Notes: a model not told the origin generated them from the sequence alone. A stretch of 64,000 nucleotides of DNA from an uncultured Verrucomicrobiae bacterium (GCA_963769025.1 CAVYKI010000012.1:128001-192000), one strand, 5' to 3'; positions 1-10,260 are shown, counted from the stretch's first letter. A program made the numbers and translations.

Positions 1-1
1 C

Positions 2-160
2 AAGTCGCCCATCGCCATGGGACCCGGCAAAGACCACAAAGCCCTGAGCGACCCGCCAATCGTCGCCCAAGGTCCCCGTGGTTACGACCCCGGCGTCCTC
101 GGCTTCCCGCCGAACCTCCCCGGCCCGCGCCCGAACATCCCGACGCCGCTCAGCCAGTAA
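2..160 (+). CDS. 3' end of a CDS running in from upstream; Pro-rich C-terminus, product unknown
   Basis: Open frame KSPIAMGPGKDHKALSDPPIVAQGPRGYDPGVLGFPPNLPGPRPNIPTPLSQ* ending in TAA at 158-160, with GC3-rich codons. Confidence 0.6.
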   Translation, partial: KSPIAMGPGKDHKALSDPPIVAQGPRGYDPGVLGFPPNLPGPRPNIPTPLSQ

Positions 161-258
161 TCGGCAACGGCCACTGATTCCCTGCTAACGCAGCGCGCGA
201 GAGTCCGCTCTCGCGCGTTTTGCTGTACAGCGACCACGTTTTGCGCCCTCGCCCCGCG

Positions 259-2106
259 TCAGAGCTCCACCTCGACACGCGCGCCGCCCTTGCCGAGCTT
301 TGCACGCACGGTCTTCGTCTTCGATCCGCTGCGGACCTCGACCGTATATTCGCCGAGGAAGCCGCGCACCTTGGCCACGCCATTTCGGGACGTCGACGTG
401 TTCACGCTCGTCCACCATTTTTTGAAAACGAGATCGTACCACACCTTCCCGTGCCCGCGCAGGCCCCATGCACCCGTCCACTGCGACGCATTCGGGATCC
501 AGTGCCGCTTTTCCCAAAATCCCCAGGTAATGAATCCTGTTGTCGCCGTGTGGGCGAACACCGCCGTCATGAAATCCCGCGTGTAATCCGCCATCACCTC
601 CTCGTCCCACGCGTTGATGTCGTGCTCGGTGATTTGAATCGGCAGCCCCAGCGCGCCGAAGCGGTTCAGGATTTCCCACACCTTCACCGGGGGCGTGAGC
701 TGCTCGTTGAAGTGCCCCTGCATCCCGATCCCCTGCACGGGAGCCTTCGCATCGAGCAGCTCGCGGATCGTGCGAAAATAAGCGTCCTGATGCTCCGTGT
801 CGGTCCCGCCGTGCGAGAGAATGCCGTAGTCATTGATGAACAGCCGCGCCTGCGGGTCCGCCTCGCGCGCGGCCTTGAACACCTCCGCGAGGATCCCGTT
901 TCCGAGCACGCGCTGCACATCCGTGTTCGTCACCGGCTCGTTCACCACATCCCACTCCGCGATCTGCCCCTTGAACGCCGACACCTCTTCGCGCACGTGA
1001 TCCAGGATTCGCTTCCGCAATGCCTCGGGCTTGTCCGCCAGCGCCGGCACGTCCTTGGGCAGCCGCGTCCAGCCCGGCCACAGCAGCGTGTGCCCGCGCA
1101 CCGCGATGCCCGCATCGCGCAGCCACTTCACCGTGTCCAGAGCGCGCTGCCGGTCCGCCTCAAACTCAGGCCACTTCAGATCATTCTCGATCGTCACGCG
1201 GTTGAAGGACCGCACCGCGACGTCGCGATACATGTCGGCATCCGCGCCCTCATCCAGTAAAGGCGACGCAGCCACCGCGCTTCCAAATCCGTACGCATGC
1301 CGCTGCTGCCGTACGCGAACCTCCGCCCAAGGCAGCGGCTTGCCGCTCACTTTCGTGACCACGATGAGCAACTGCGCCTTCCGCTCCTTTTCGATGCTCG
1401 CCGCGGCCTCCGCGCGCCATGCCGCATCCGCCGCGCGGCCCTTGTAAGTCAGCGGCGTGTACGGCAGCTGGCCGAGCACCATGTCCTTCCCAAAACCCGT
1501 CACGCGCAGCCCGCCAATCTCGATCGTCTGCCGCGCGGCACCGGCTTGGAAATGCAGCGCGATGTCATCCGCCCCGTAGTCGATCGCCGCGACGAACGGC
1601 ACGTAATACTTCGACCATGTCTTGCCGCACTCGAAACGGAAGTTTGCCGACTTCGTGTACGGCGCGCGCGCGAACTCGAAGACGAAATTGGCCTCCGCCT
1701 CGTCGCTCAGACCCGCGGCGCGCGCCCAGAATACCGCCAGCAGCACCTCCCCCTTTTTCACCGGCACCGAGCACTTCGCGTGCGACTGAAATCCCCACGG
1801 GTTCTCCGGCACGATCTTCGTCGTCATCCGCAGCGCCTTGTCGAAGCCGGGCGCATCCTTCACTTCGACATACGTCGCGGTGCCGTGCGGGTTCGTCTTG
1901 CCGAGCGCCAGCGCCATTCCCTCCAGCGCCCGCGGAGGGCTGATTTCACGTCCCGCAGGCAGCTTCTTGAAACGCGCATCCTGCGCTGCCATGTCCGCAA
2001 AGGCAGGCGCGACGGCGGAAAACGCGAGAAAAAGGGAAATGCACCGCAACACGTCCGCGCTTCTACGACATTGCGAAGCTGACGCAAGCAGGACTCTGCA
2101 ACGCAT
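259..2106 (-). CDS. Secreted GH10 endo-1,4-beta-xylanase with an N-terminal CBM4/9/22-like module; start uncertain
   Basis: GH10 motifs ENDLKW, RGHTLLW, WDVVNEP (acid/base), LFINDY, GIGMQGH, IQITEHD (nucleophile); signal-like segment ISLFLAFSAVAPAFA. Confidence 0.9.
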   Translation of the reverse strand: MRCRVLLASASQCRRSADVLRCISLFLAFSAVAPAFADMAAQDARFKKLPAGREISPPRALEGMALALGKTNPHGTATYVEVKDAPGFDKALRMTTKIVPENPWGFQSHAKCSVPVKKGEVLLAVFWARAAGLSDEAEANFVFEFARAPYTKSANFRFECGKTWSKYYVPFVAAIDYGADDIALHFQAGAARQTIEIGGLRVTGFGKDMVLGQLPYTPLTYKGRAADAAWRAEAAASIEKERKAQLLIVVTKVSGKPLPWAEVRVRQQRHAYGFGSAVAASPLLDEGADADMYRDVAVRSFNRVTIENDLKWPEFEADRQRALDTVKWLRDAGIAVRGHTLLWPGWTRLPKDVPALADKPEALRKRILDHVREEVSAFKGQIAEWDVVNEPVTNTDVQRVLGNGILAEVFKAAREADPQARLFINDYGILSHGGTDTEHQDAYFRTIRELLDAKAPVQGIGMQGHFNEQLTPPVKVWEILNRFGALGLPIQITEHDINAWDEEVMADYTRDFMTAVFAHTATTGFITWGFWEKRHWIPNASQWTGAWGLRGHGKVWYDLVFKKWWTSVNTSTSRNGVAKVRGFLGEYTVEVRSGSKTKTVRAKLGKGGARVEVEL

Positions 2107-2165
2107 CACCGGCGAACGGCGGAAGCGCTGGAATTTTTCCGCCGCATGCTGCATCGTCTGCACAC

Positions 2166-3662
2166 ATGAGACGCGTCTTCGGCCTTGAAACCGAGTATGG
2201 AATCACCGTGGACGGGATGGCCGACGTGGATGTCGTGCGCGAGAGCATCGCCATCGTCCGCAGCTACACCGAGCACGGCGCGCTCCTGAAATGGGACTAC
2301 GCCGGCGAGGATCCGCACCAGGACGCACGCGGCTTCCGCGCACCCGAGCTGCGCCAGGACACCGACGAGGCCGCCTACTACGAACTCGACAAGCACCGCA
2401 ACCTCACCTTTGAGGAAATCAAAAGCGATCTCGTGCTCTCGAACGGCGCGCGGTTTTACAACGACCACGCGCACCCCGAATACTCCACGCCCGAGTGCGC
2501 CACGCTCCGCGACATCGTCGCGCAGGACAAGGCCGGCGAACGCGTGCTCGAGGAATGCATGCGCCGCCGCAACGCGCACCTCCCCGAGGGACAGCGTTGC
2601 CGGCTCTACAAAAACAACACCGACTTCCAGGGCCACAGCTACGGCTGCCACGACAATTTCCTCATGCGCCGCGAAGTCCCGTGGGAGCGCATCGTGCGCG
2701 ACAGCGTCTCGTTCCTCGCCACGCGGCAGCTCTTCGCCGGCGCCGGCAAGCTCGGCATCGAGGGCGAGGATGAGAAGACGCAGCCCGGCACGTATCAGCT
2801 CGCGCAGCGCAGCGACTTCTTCGAGGTGCTCACGAGCATCGACACGATGAACCGCCGCCCCATCGTGAACACGCGCGACGAGCCCCACGCTGCGAGCGAA
2901 CTTTACCGCCGCTTCCACGTCATCGTCGGCGACGCGAACATGTCCGAGTGGGCCACCGCGATGAAGATGGGCACCACCGCCCTCGCGCTCGAACTCATCG
3001 AGAAGGATCACGCCCCGCGCATCGCCCTCGCCGATCCGATCCTCGCCACGCGCCTCATCAGCCGCGATCCGCATTGGAAATGGCACGTCACCCGCGAAGG
3101 CGGAAGCACCGCCAGCGCACTCGATATCCAGCATGAATGGCTCGACGCGGCCCGCATGCATTGCGATCGCGACGACGAGACCGCGTGGCTTTTCACCGAA
3201 TGGGAACACGTCCTCGCCGACCTCGCGCGCGACCCGATGAGCACGCGCGACCGCTGCGACTGGGCTGCAAAGCGCTTCCTGCTCGAGACCTTCCGCGAAG
3301 CCGAGGGCATCCCATGGGAGCACCCGTGGCTCCAGGCCCTCGACCTCGAATACCACGACGTCTCCCTCGACAACGGCCTCTACTACGAACTCGCCCGCAC
3401 CGGCCAGATCCGTCGCGTCGTCACCGAGGAAGCCATCCGACAGGCCATCTTCTTCCCGCCGGAGCGCACCCGCGCATTTTTCCGCGGCCGCGCCGTCGCG
3501 AAATTCAACGCGCAGATATCCTCGCTGCAATGGGACGCGCTCACCTTCGGCGCGAATGCGGATGCGATTACGTTCACCTTCCCCCACCCCGCCTTCGACC
3601 CGGAACTCGACCGCCTCAATTCGCTGATCCGCAAGGCCCGGGCAGTGGACGAACTCCGCTAG
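2166..3662 (+). CDS. dop: Pup/UBact depupylase/deamidase Dop (PafA/Dop family)
   Basis: GLETEYGI; Dop-loop WDYAGEDPHQDARGF; NGARFYNDHAHPEYSTPEC; LYKNNTD..GHSYGCHDN; RPIVNTRDEPHA; RRFHVIVGDANMSE. Confidence 0.9.
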   Translation: MRRVFGLETEYGITVDGMADVDVVRESIAIVRSYTEHGALLKWDYAGEDPHQDARGFRAPELRQDTDEAAYYELDKHRNLTFEEIKSDLVLSNGARFYNDHAHPEYSTPECATLRDIVAQDKAGERVLEECMRRRNAHLPEGQRCRLYKNNTDFQGHSYGCHDNFLMRREVPWERIVRDSVSFLATRQLFAGAGKLGIEGEDEKTQPGTYQLAQRSDFFEVLTSIDTMNRRPIVNTRDEPHAASELYRRFHVIVGDANMSEWATAMKMGTTALALELIEKDHAPRIALADPILATRLISRDPHWKWHVTREGGSTASALDIQHEWLDAARMHCDRDDETAWLFTEWEHVLADLARDPMSTRDRCDWAAKRFLLETFREAEGIPWEHPWLQALDLEYHDVSLDNGLYYELARTGQIRRVVTEEAIRQAIFFPPERTRAFFRGRAVAKFNAQISSLQWDALTFGANADAITFTFPHPAFDPELDRLNSLIRKARAVDELR

Positions 3663-3700
3663 CGCGCCCGATCTGCCAAGCGAGACGAGGCTCCCTCGCG

Positions 3701-5398
3701 CTACCGCTTGGTCCCGGCGAGCTTCGCGACGAGCGCTCGGCTTTCCGCCGAAAGTGACGCGACGGGATACGGCACGCGCCGGCCATCGGGCAGGATGAAC
3801 GTGACGCTTGCGCCACTGAGTCCGCCAAACTTCGCGTCGAACGCCTGGCCCGCGGCGTTCGTCCAGCGCTGCACGGTGGCGCTGCTCGCGCCGCCCGATG
3901 CGAGGCGCCTTTCGACCTGCGCGAGGTGCAGGTTCGGGGGCTCGAGTGTCGCCGAACTGATCGTTTCGTAGTGCCATCCTTCGCTTCGGTCGGGTTTGCG
4001 GGCCGCGCCCTTGATCCCGATGAACACGAGCCCCGGCGGGCCCCAGCCAGCGGGCGGGAGGCCGATGTCCTTTTTGCCGCGAATATTCCAAAACGTGGCG
4101 CCCGCCGCCGAGTGCCGCCCCACTCCGGGCGGGCCGCCGGAATTCCACGCCTCCGCGCCGCTCGCGCCGGTGTCGAGGTTCGTGAAAAGGTTCTCGTATG
4201 GCCCGGCCTTATGGTGATCGAGCGTGAGGTAGTCGCCGCCTCCATCGGAGAACACATTGCCGAGTGAATGCGCGACGGTGAGCTCGTGAAAATAACGCGT
4301 CTTGAACTGGAAGCGCGTGACGAGGTTGTCCACGCCCTCGGCCTGAATGCCGTGATGGCCCGTGTGTCCCTTCGCCTCGGGTTTGCGATTCGCGGTGAAG
4401 TTCACATCGCTCACCGTGCAGAAAAAGCCCTTCGCGTAGATGCCGCTGTCCGCATTGTGAATGACCAGCCGCCGTGCCCAGCAGTGCGCGAGATTGTCGA
4501 ACTGAACCGCATTGAAGCCATCCTCCTCCCAATGCCCGCGGTACGGCTGCCGGGGAAAATCAAACGTGAGGTCCTCGATCCCCGAATGCTGGAGCTTCGG
4601 CGAGAAGCCGCGCAGCGATGCAGTCCACTCGGGCCGCAAATCAAACCGCAGCGGACGGTCGAGCACGACGTCCTTGCCCCGGATCTCCCGGATGCGGGCG
4701 GCATACCGATACGCCAGCTTGCCGGTGAGCTTCGCCGAGTCCTCCGGGTTGTCGCGGAAAATGTGCTTCACCAGCGAGCCCGCGGAGTCGTCCTTCACTT
4801 CGATGGCGACTTCCTGCCCGACGGCAAGCTTCGCCACGTCTTCCACCGGGACACTCGTCGCGCCGCGCTTCGCACCCGGCGCGGCGACGGTTGCGAGTAC
4901 GGCACCCACGGGATTCGCGCCCTTGAACCACACGAGTCCGCCGCTCCACGACCAAGCCGTGGTCGGTTTGCCGCCGCCAGTCTCCGCGGCTTTCGGGCGC
5001 AACGTCTCGAGCCCCTTGGTGAAGACGAGCGTCGTCTTCCCCGTGCCCACGCCCTTCAGCACCGTGTCCGACGTTCCGACTTCGATCACATCGGAGAGGA
5101 TGTAGCGTCCCGCGGGGATGCCGATGCATTTGCCCGCGGCTTCCTTCACCGCGCGTTGGAATGCCGCGGTGTCATCGGACTTCCCGTCGCCGAGCGCACC
5201 GAAGTCCTTCACCGATACCTCCGCCGCACGTTCCGGGATCGGCTTCTCCCCGCGCTCGTAGCCGGCGAATGAAAAATCCGGCAGCAGTCCGGCCGGGTCG
5301 TGACTTTCCCCGCGCTCGCCCCAAAGCACCGAAGGCCGCGCCGCTGCGCAATCCCCAAGTGCCAGCAAAACGGCAACGATCGGAAAGGGGAAACGCAT
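3701..5398 (-). CDS. Secreted right-handed beta-helix glycanase (Pectate_lyase_3-like) with a C-terminal SHD1-like domain
   Basis: Signal peptide MRFPFPIVAVLLALG; LPDFSFAGY; VSVKDFGALGDGKSDDTAAFQRA; IPAGRY; C-terminal RWTNAAGQAFDAKF...PVASLSAESRALV. Confidence 0.8.
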   Translation of the reverse strand: MRFPFPIVAVLLALGDCAAARPSVLWGERGESHDPAGLLPDFSFAGYERGEKPIPERAAEVSVKDFGALGDGKSDDTAAFQRAVKEAAGKCIGIPAGRYILSDVIEVGTSDTVLKGVGTGKTTLVFTKGLETLRPKAAETGGGKPTTAWSWSGGLVWFKGANPVGAVLATVAAPGAKRGATSVPVEDVAKLAVGQEVAIEVKDDSAGSLVKHIFRDNPEDSAKLTGKLAYRYAARIREIRGKDVVLDRPLRFDLRPEWTASLRGFSPKLQHSGIEDLTFDFPRQPYRGHWEEDGFNAVQFDNLAHCWARRLVIHNADSGIYAKGFFCTVSDVNFTANRKPEAKGHTGHHGIQAEGVDNLVTRFQFKTRYFHELTVAHSLGNVFSDGGGDYLTLDHHKAGPYENLFTNLDTGASGAEAWNSGGPPGVGRHSAAGATFWNIRGKKDIGLPPAGWGPPGLVFIGIKGAARKPDRSEGWHYETISSATLEPPNLHLAQVERRLASGGASSATVQRWTNAAGQAFDAKFGGLSGASVTFILPDGRRVPYPVASLSAESRALVAKLAGTKR

Positions 5399-5442
5399 CC
5401 ATCGCGAATACCGGGGCGGCACCTTGAACTCAATCCCCATGT

Positions 5443-5542
5443 GCGCGCAGCTTCCAGCTTGCCGACTGCGGGCACGGCTCACATTTTCCGCGCCCTGATG
5501 ATCGATCGCTACGCGCTGCCCGAGATGGCGGCGCTGCTTTGA
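5443..5542 (+). repeat. Truncated duplicate of the purB promoter and first codons (mini-ORF MIDRYALPEMAALL*, 5498-5542)
   Basis: Aligns with 15759-15850: ggctcacattttccgcgccctgATGatcgatcgctacgcgctgcccgagatggcggc vs ggctcacacattccgcgccctcATGattgatcgatacacgctgcccgagatggcggc. Confidence 0.85.
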
Positions 5543-5647
5543 AAAATCTGCGCATTGCGGCGTGACGGGAGCGATTCCCCGCTTGACCGCCGACGCCCCA
5601 CCCGGGCTAACCTTGCTCCACGCGGGCAAAGACCCCGCGCAGTTTCC

Positions 5648-7315
5648 ATGAAGCCCCGCCACAGCATCCGGCCCGCGCGCTTCGCGACGGTGCTCGCATC
5701 GCTCGCCACGCTCCTGCTCGGCGCACGGCAGCAGTGCCCCGCGGCGGTGGGCGGCGGCGGCGGTGGCACCATCACCACCACCACCTCGACGACGCAGAGC
5801 GAGACCCACACTCCGTTCACCGTGGACAACCGCACGAGCAGCGGTGTGATCCAGAACATCCTCAATGGCGGGGACAGGATTCAACTCGGCTTTTCGCCCG
5901 GCACTTCGCTCGCCAATCCCAGGGTGCAGGCCGCGCTGCAGGCCGCGCTGCGGGCGCTCCCGCCCTTCCCGCAGGGCGCGTCGCTGCAACTGCTCAGCCG
6001 CACTCCCGGCTCCGGCGGCACCAGCGCCCTCTCCATCCAGCTCGACCATACCGAGACTTCCGTCACCACAACGACGGCTATCGGCCCCGGCACCATCATG
6101 ATCGGCCCCGACCAGTCGCAGACTTTCTTCGTCGCCCCCGGCACGACGAACATCAACACGAACACGCACACGCAGTCCTTCTTCAACGACATCACCACGC
6201 TGAGCGGCGGCGCGCCCACGGTGGAGAACTACCTCCAGCAGCGCATCATCACGATCGATCTCGGCTCCGTGTTCTCCGCGCTGGACAGCGGCCTGCCCGT
6301 CGCCCTCGCGCTGCGCGACTCGCTGCTGGCCGCGCACGCCGGCGGCATCGGCGATGTCAACGACCGCATCCTCCGCGCGTGGCTCGGCCCGAACGAGACC
6401 GGCGCGCCGCAGGGCGACAAGTCCGACGTGCCCGGCGCGGGCGACGGCAACATGCGCCTCTTCGCCAACATCGGCGCCGGCTGGCTCAGCCTGGGCGGGC
6501 GCGACGGTGCGACCGGCCTGCTCGACACGCGCGAGTCCGCCAGCGCCGGCGCGGAGTGGAAGCTGCGCGGGAAATTCCGCGTCGGCGTCTCCGCGACCTA
6601 CGTCCACAGCGACACGGATTTTTCCGGCGGCCTCGGCAGCCAGCACATTGATGGCGGCGCGCTCAGCGCCTACGTGACATGGCGCTCCGACCCGTGCTCG
6701 CCGTGCTACGCCGACCTGCTCTACAGCGCCGGCCTTTTCCGCGACACACTGCGGCGCAACACGCTCACCGGCGCCACCGCCCGCAGCACCGCGGACGACT
6801 GGAGCCACCTCGTGAGCCTCAACGCGGGCTACGTCTTCAAGGTCGGCGACACCTTCGCCACCGGCCCCTACGCGAGCCTCACCTACGTCCACGGCCGGCT
6901 CGACGGCAGCACCGAGAGCGGCGGCGGCGCGGCCTCGCTCACCTACGGCGCGCAGGAATACGACTCGCTCGTGAGCACGCTCGGCTGGCAGGCCAACTGG
7001 AAGCTGCACCGCCCGTGGGGCGCGCTCACTCCGCTCGTCCACATCGGCTGGGAGCGCGAAAACCTGAGCGACGGCGGCGCCGTCAGCGCCACGCTCCTGC
7101 AGTCGCCCTTCTCCGCCGCGGGCGCCGGGCTCATCGGCGGCTTCCGCGCCAGCTCCAGCCGCGCCGACGCGCGCTACGACGCGCTGGTGATCGGCGCCGC
7201 CGTGAGCGCCGACATCGGCGAAAACTGGACCTTCACGCTCAGCGCCGCCGAGCGCACCGACTTCGGCCCGCGCAACGACGTCTCCCTCTCCCTCCGCGCG
7301 CAGCGGAGGTTCTGA
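5648..7315 (+). CDS. Autotransporter beta-barrel protein, copy 1, with a short Thr/Ser-rich passenger
   Basis: Signal peptide; Thr-rich N-terminus; barrel strands (GPYASLTYVHGRLDG, YDSLVSTLGWQA, PLVHIGWERE); terminal Phe (LRAQRRF). Confidence 0.85.
   Translation: MKPRHSIRPARFATVLASLATLLLGARQQCPAAVGGGGGGTITTTTSTTQSETHTPFTVDNRTSSGVIQNILNGGDRIQLGFSPGTSLANPRVQAALQAALRALPPFPQGASLQLLSRTPGSGGTSALSIQLDHTETSVTTTTAIGPGTIMIGPDQSQTFFVAPGTTNINTNTHTQSFFNDITTLSGGAPTVENYLQQRIITIDLGSVFSALDSGLPVALALRDSLLAAHAGGIGDVNDRILRAWLGPNETGAPQGDKSDVPGAGDGNMRLFANIGAGWLSLGGRDGATGLLDTRESASAGAEWKLRGKFRVGVSATYVHSDTDFSGGLGSQHIDGGALSAYVTWRSDPCSPCYADLLYSAGLFRDTLRRNTLTGATARSTADDWSHLVSLNAGYVFKVGDTFATGPYASLTYVHGRLDGSTESGGGAASLTYGAQEYDSLVSTLGWQANWKLHRPWGALTPLVHIGWERENLSDGGAVSATLLQSPFSAAGAGLIGGFRASSSRADARYDALVIGAAVSADIGENWTFTLSAAERTDFGPRNDVSLSLRAQRRF
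5710..7315 (+). repeat. Long direct repeat, copy A (partner 14102-15758)
   Basis: Long identical nucleotide blocks from gctcctgctcggcgcacggcagcag through gcgcagcggaggttctga. Confidence 0.95.
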
Positions 7316-7391
7316 TCCCGTAGCCGCCGTCGGCAGGAGGCGGGCGCAGAATGATTGAGCACTACCGCGCGGGATGTCATCATCACCGGGC

Positions 7392-8072
7392 ATGGAGCGC
7401 ATGAACCAACCCGCCATCCACGCCAACCGGCCCATCGTGCCCGACCCGCAGGATGAGCTGGAACGCGCCGAAACTTTCCGCCGCTCAAAAACGCCGGAGC
7501 AATTGATGGCGATGCTCGACCTCTGTGCGCACGGCTCGACGGAGGCGGATGCCACCGCGCGCCGCGTGCTCTGGCGCGCGCTCGTGGGGCGGATGGGCGA
7601 CGGCGTGCAGATTGGCCGCGGCGTGCTCCTGAAACACGCGGAGACCTTCGAGATCGGCGACGGCGTCTTCATCGGCGATCAGGCGATCCTCCAGGGCCGC
7701 TGCGGCGGCTCGTGCGTCATCGGCAGCCGCGCGTGGATCGGGCCGCAGTGTTTTCTCGATGCGCGCGCGCTGCACATCGGCGAATGCAGCGGCCTCGGCC
7801 CCGGCGTGCGCATCCTGTGCTCCGAGCACAGCGGCGAGCCGGTGGATGCACCCGTGATCTCTACGCCGCAAAACGTCGCGCCGGTGCGCATCGGCCGCGG
7901 CGTGGACGTGGGGATGGGCGCGCACATCCTGCCCGGCGTCACGCTCGGCGAGGGCTGCATTATCGGCGCGGGTGCGGTGGTGGTGAATGACGTGCCGCCG
8001 TTTGCCGTCGCCGCCGGCGTGCCCGCGCGCGTGGTGCGCAACCGGAGGGCCTCCGCCCCGCTCGAAAAATGA
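7392..8072 (+). CDS. Hexapeptide-repeat (LbH) sugar acyltransferase
   Basis: Hexapeptide repeats and ILPGVTLGEGCIIGAGAVVVNDVPPFAVAAGVPARV. Confidence 0.85.
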   Translation: MERMNQPAIHANRPIVPDPQDELERAETFRRSKTPEQLMAMLDLCAHGSTEADATARRVLWRALVGRMGDGVQIGRGVLLKHAETFEIGDGVFIGDQAILQGRCGGSCVIGSRAWIGPQCFLDARALHIGECSGLGPGVRILCSEHSGEPVDAPVISTPQNVAPVRIGRGVDVGMGAHILPGVTLGEGCIIGAGAVVVNDVPPFAVAAGVPARVVRNRRASAPLEK

Positions 8073-9100
8073 ACCTCGCGGGCGCAAAAGTCGTGGTCAC
8101 CGGCGGCGCGGGCTTCATCGGAAGCGAGCTTACGCGCCAGCTCTGCCGCGCCGGCGCGGAAGTCCGCGTGCTCGACAATCTCGCCACCGGCTCGGAGGCA
8201 AACCTCGCGCCCCTCATCGTGGCGGGAAAGGCAACGCTCGTGCGCGGCGACGTGCGCGACGCGGATCTGCTGCGCTCGCTGCTGCGCGGCTGCGACGCTG
8301 TCTTCCACCTTGCCTGCCTCGGCGTGCGGCACTCGCTCGGGCATCCCTTGGAGAATCACGACGTGAACGCAACCGGCGCGCTGCGCGTCCTCGAAGCCGC
8401 ACTCGCCGCCCGCGTTCCCCGCGCCGTGCATGTCTCCACCTCGGAAATCTACGGCGACGCGCGGACCGTCCCGATGACCGAGGAGCATCCCGCGTCGCCG
8501 AAGACCATCTACGGCGCGTCAAAGCTCGCCGGGGAAAATTATGCCCGCGCATTTTTCCACACGCACGGCCTGCCGGTCGCCGTGGTGCGCCCGTTCAACA
8601 GCTTCGGCCCTCGCAGCCACGCTGAGGGCGAGGCGGGCGAGGTGATCCCACGCTTCCTCCGCCGGCTGCGCCGCGGCGAAACGCTGCCCGTCTTCGGCGA
8701 CGGCGCGCAGACGCGCGACTTCACTTTCGTGTCCGACACGGCCCGCGGGATATTGCTCGCGGCAATCTCCCCCGCTGCGATCGGACGCACGATGAACCTC
8801 GGCTCGGGCCGCGAGATTTCCGTGCTCGCGCTCGGCCGCGCGCTCGCGCGGGTGCTCGGGCTCGCCGCGCCGAAATTCGAGCACCACGACGCGCGCCCCG
8901 GAGACGTGCGGAAGCTCGTCGCGGATGCGTCGCTCGCGCGCGCGCTGCTCGGCTGGGAGCCGCAGGTCACATTCGGCGAGGGGCTTCGGGCGACGGTGGA
9001 TTGGTTTGAAAAAAATCCCGGCGCGGAAAAACCCGGCGCCGACGAGCCGGAGCAAAACTGGCGCGAGCATTCCGCGCCCACCGAAGCCGCACGCCCATGA
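8069..9100 (+). CDS. NAD-dependent nucleotide-sugar epimerase/dehydratase (extended SDR)
   Basis: VTGGAGFIGS, STSEIYG, YGASK, RPFNSFGP, GDGAQTRDFTFV. Confidence 0.92.
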   Translation: MNLAGAKVVVTGGAGFIGSELTRQLCRAGAEVRVLDNLATGSEANLAPLIVAGKATLVRGDVRDADLLRSLLRGCDAVFHLACLGVRHSLGHPLENHDVNATGALRVLEAALAARVPRAVHVSTSEIYGDARTVPMTEEHPASPKTIYGASKLAGENYARAFFHTHGLPVAVVRPFNSFGPRSHAEGEAGEVIPRFLRRLRRGETLPVFGDGAQTRDFTFVSDTARGILLAAISPAAIGRTMNLGSGREISVLALGRALARVLGLAAPKFEHHDARPGDVRKLVADASLARALLGWEPQVTFGEGLRATVDWFEKNPGAEKPGADEPEQNWREHSAPTEAARP

Positions 9101-10260
9101 TCCCGGCGCAGGAACGCATCCCGCTCACACGCCCCTTCACCGGCGAGGAGGAAATCGCCGGCGTGCGCCGCGTGCTGGAATCCGGCTGGCTCACAATGGG
9201 ACCGGAAGTCGCTGCCTTTGAGGAGGAGTTCGCCGCCGCCGTGGGCGCGCCGCACACGTGCGCGGTGTCGAGCGGCACCGCGGCGCTGCACCTCGCGCTG
9301 CGCGCCGCCGGCATCGGCGCGGGCGACGAGGTCGTCACCGTCAGCCACACGTTCATCGCCACAGCGGATGCCATCCGCCTCTGCGGCGCGCTGCCGGTCT
9401 TCGTGGACATCGAGCCGGGCACTTTCAACATGGCGCCGGATCAGATAACGCGCGCGTTGGGCGGGCGCTCGAAGGCGATCCTGTGCGTCCACCAAATCGG
9501 CGTTCCTGCCGACCTGACGAAGATTCTCGCGATCGCGCGCGAACACGGCCTGCCGGTGATCGAGGACGCCGCCTGCGCGCTCGGCAGCGAAATCTGCCTC
9601 GGCGAAAACTGGGAGCGCATCGGCCGCCCGCACGGCGACGCCGCGTGCTTTTCACTGCACCCGCGCAAGGCGATCACCACCGGCGACGGCGGCATGATCA
9701 CCACGCGCCACGCGGAATGGGACCGCCGCTTCCGCCTGCTGCGCCAGCACGGCATGAGCGCCCAGCCGCACGACCGTCATCGCGCGGACAGCGTCATCTT
9801 CGAGCGATACATTGAGCCGGGGTTCAATTTCCGCCTCACCGACTTGCAGGCCGCCGTGGGCCGCGCGCAGCTCGCGCGGCTCGATGAAATCGTCGCGCGC
9901 CGCCGCAGGCTCGCCGCTCGCTACGGCGAACTCCTGCGCGGCGTGCCTGCCGTCGAGCTGGCAAAGGAGCCGCCGTGGGCGCGCGGCAACTGGCAGAGCT
10001 GCGCCGTTCGGCTCGGCGCGGGGATCGATCAGCGTGCCGTGATGGAGCGGATGCTCGCCGCGGGAGTCTCCACGCAGCGCGGCATCATGTGCATCCACCG
10101 CGAGCCAGCGTATCCGCCCGGCACCTGGCGGAGCGCTGGCGGGCTTGGCGAAAGCGAACGCGCGCAGGATTCCACCATACTTCTGCCGCTTTTCCCTGCG
10201 ATGACGGACGCCGTGCAGGATCGCGTCGTCGAGGCGCTGAGGGAAGCGTGCTGCGCATGA
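9097..10260 (+). CDS. DegT/DnrJ/EryC1/StrS PLP-dependent sugar aminotransferase
   Basis: SSGTAALHLAL, IEDAACALG, FSLHPRKAITTGDGGM (PLP Lys), GFNFRLTDLQAAVG. Confidence 0.93.
   Translation: MIPAQERIPLTRPFTGEEEIAGVRRVLESGWLTMGPEVAAFEEEFAAAVGAPHTCAVSSGTAALHLALRAAGIGAGDEVVTVSHTFIATADAIRLCGALPVFVDIEPGTFNMAPDQITRALGGRSKAILCVHQIGVPADLTKILAIAREHGLPVIEDAACALGSEICLGENWERIGRPHGDAACFSLHPRKAITTGDGGMITTRHAEWDRRFRLLRQHGMSAQPHDRHRADSVIFERYIEPGFNFRLTDLQAAVGRAQLARLDEIVARRRRLAARYGELLRGVPAVELAKEPPWARGNWQSCAVRLGAGIDQRAVMERMLAAGVSTQRGIMCIHREPAYPPGTWRSAGGLGESERAQDSTILLPLFPAMTDAVQDRVVEALREACCA

Noticed and set aside
5399..7672. N-terminal ~750 aa of the 1323-aa minus-strand ORF 3701-7672
   Set aside because: Antisense shadow of the autotransporter gene. 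The real protein starts at the signal peptide at 5398.
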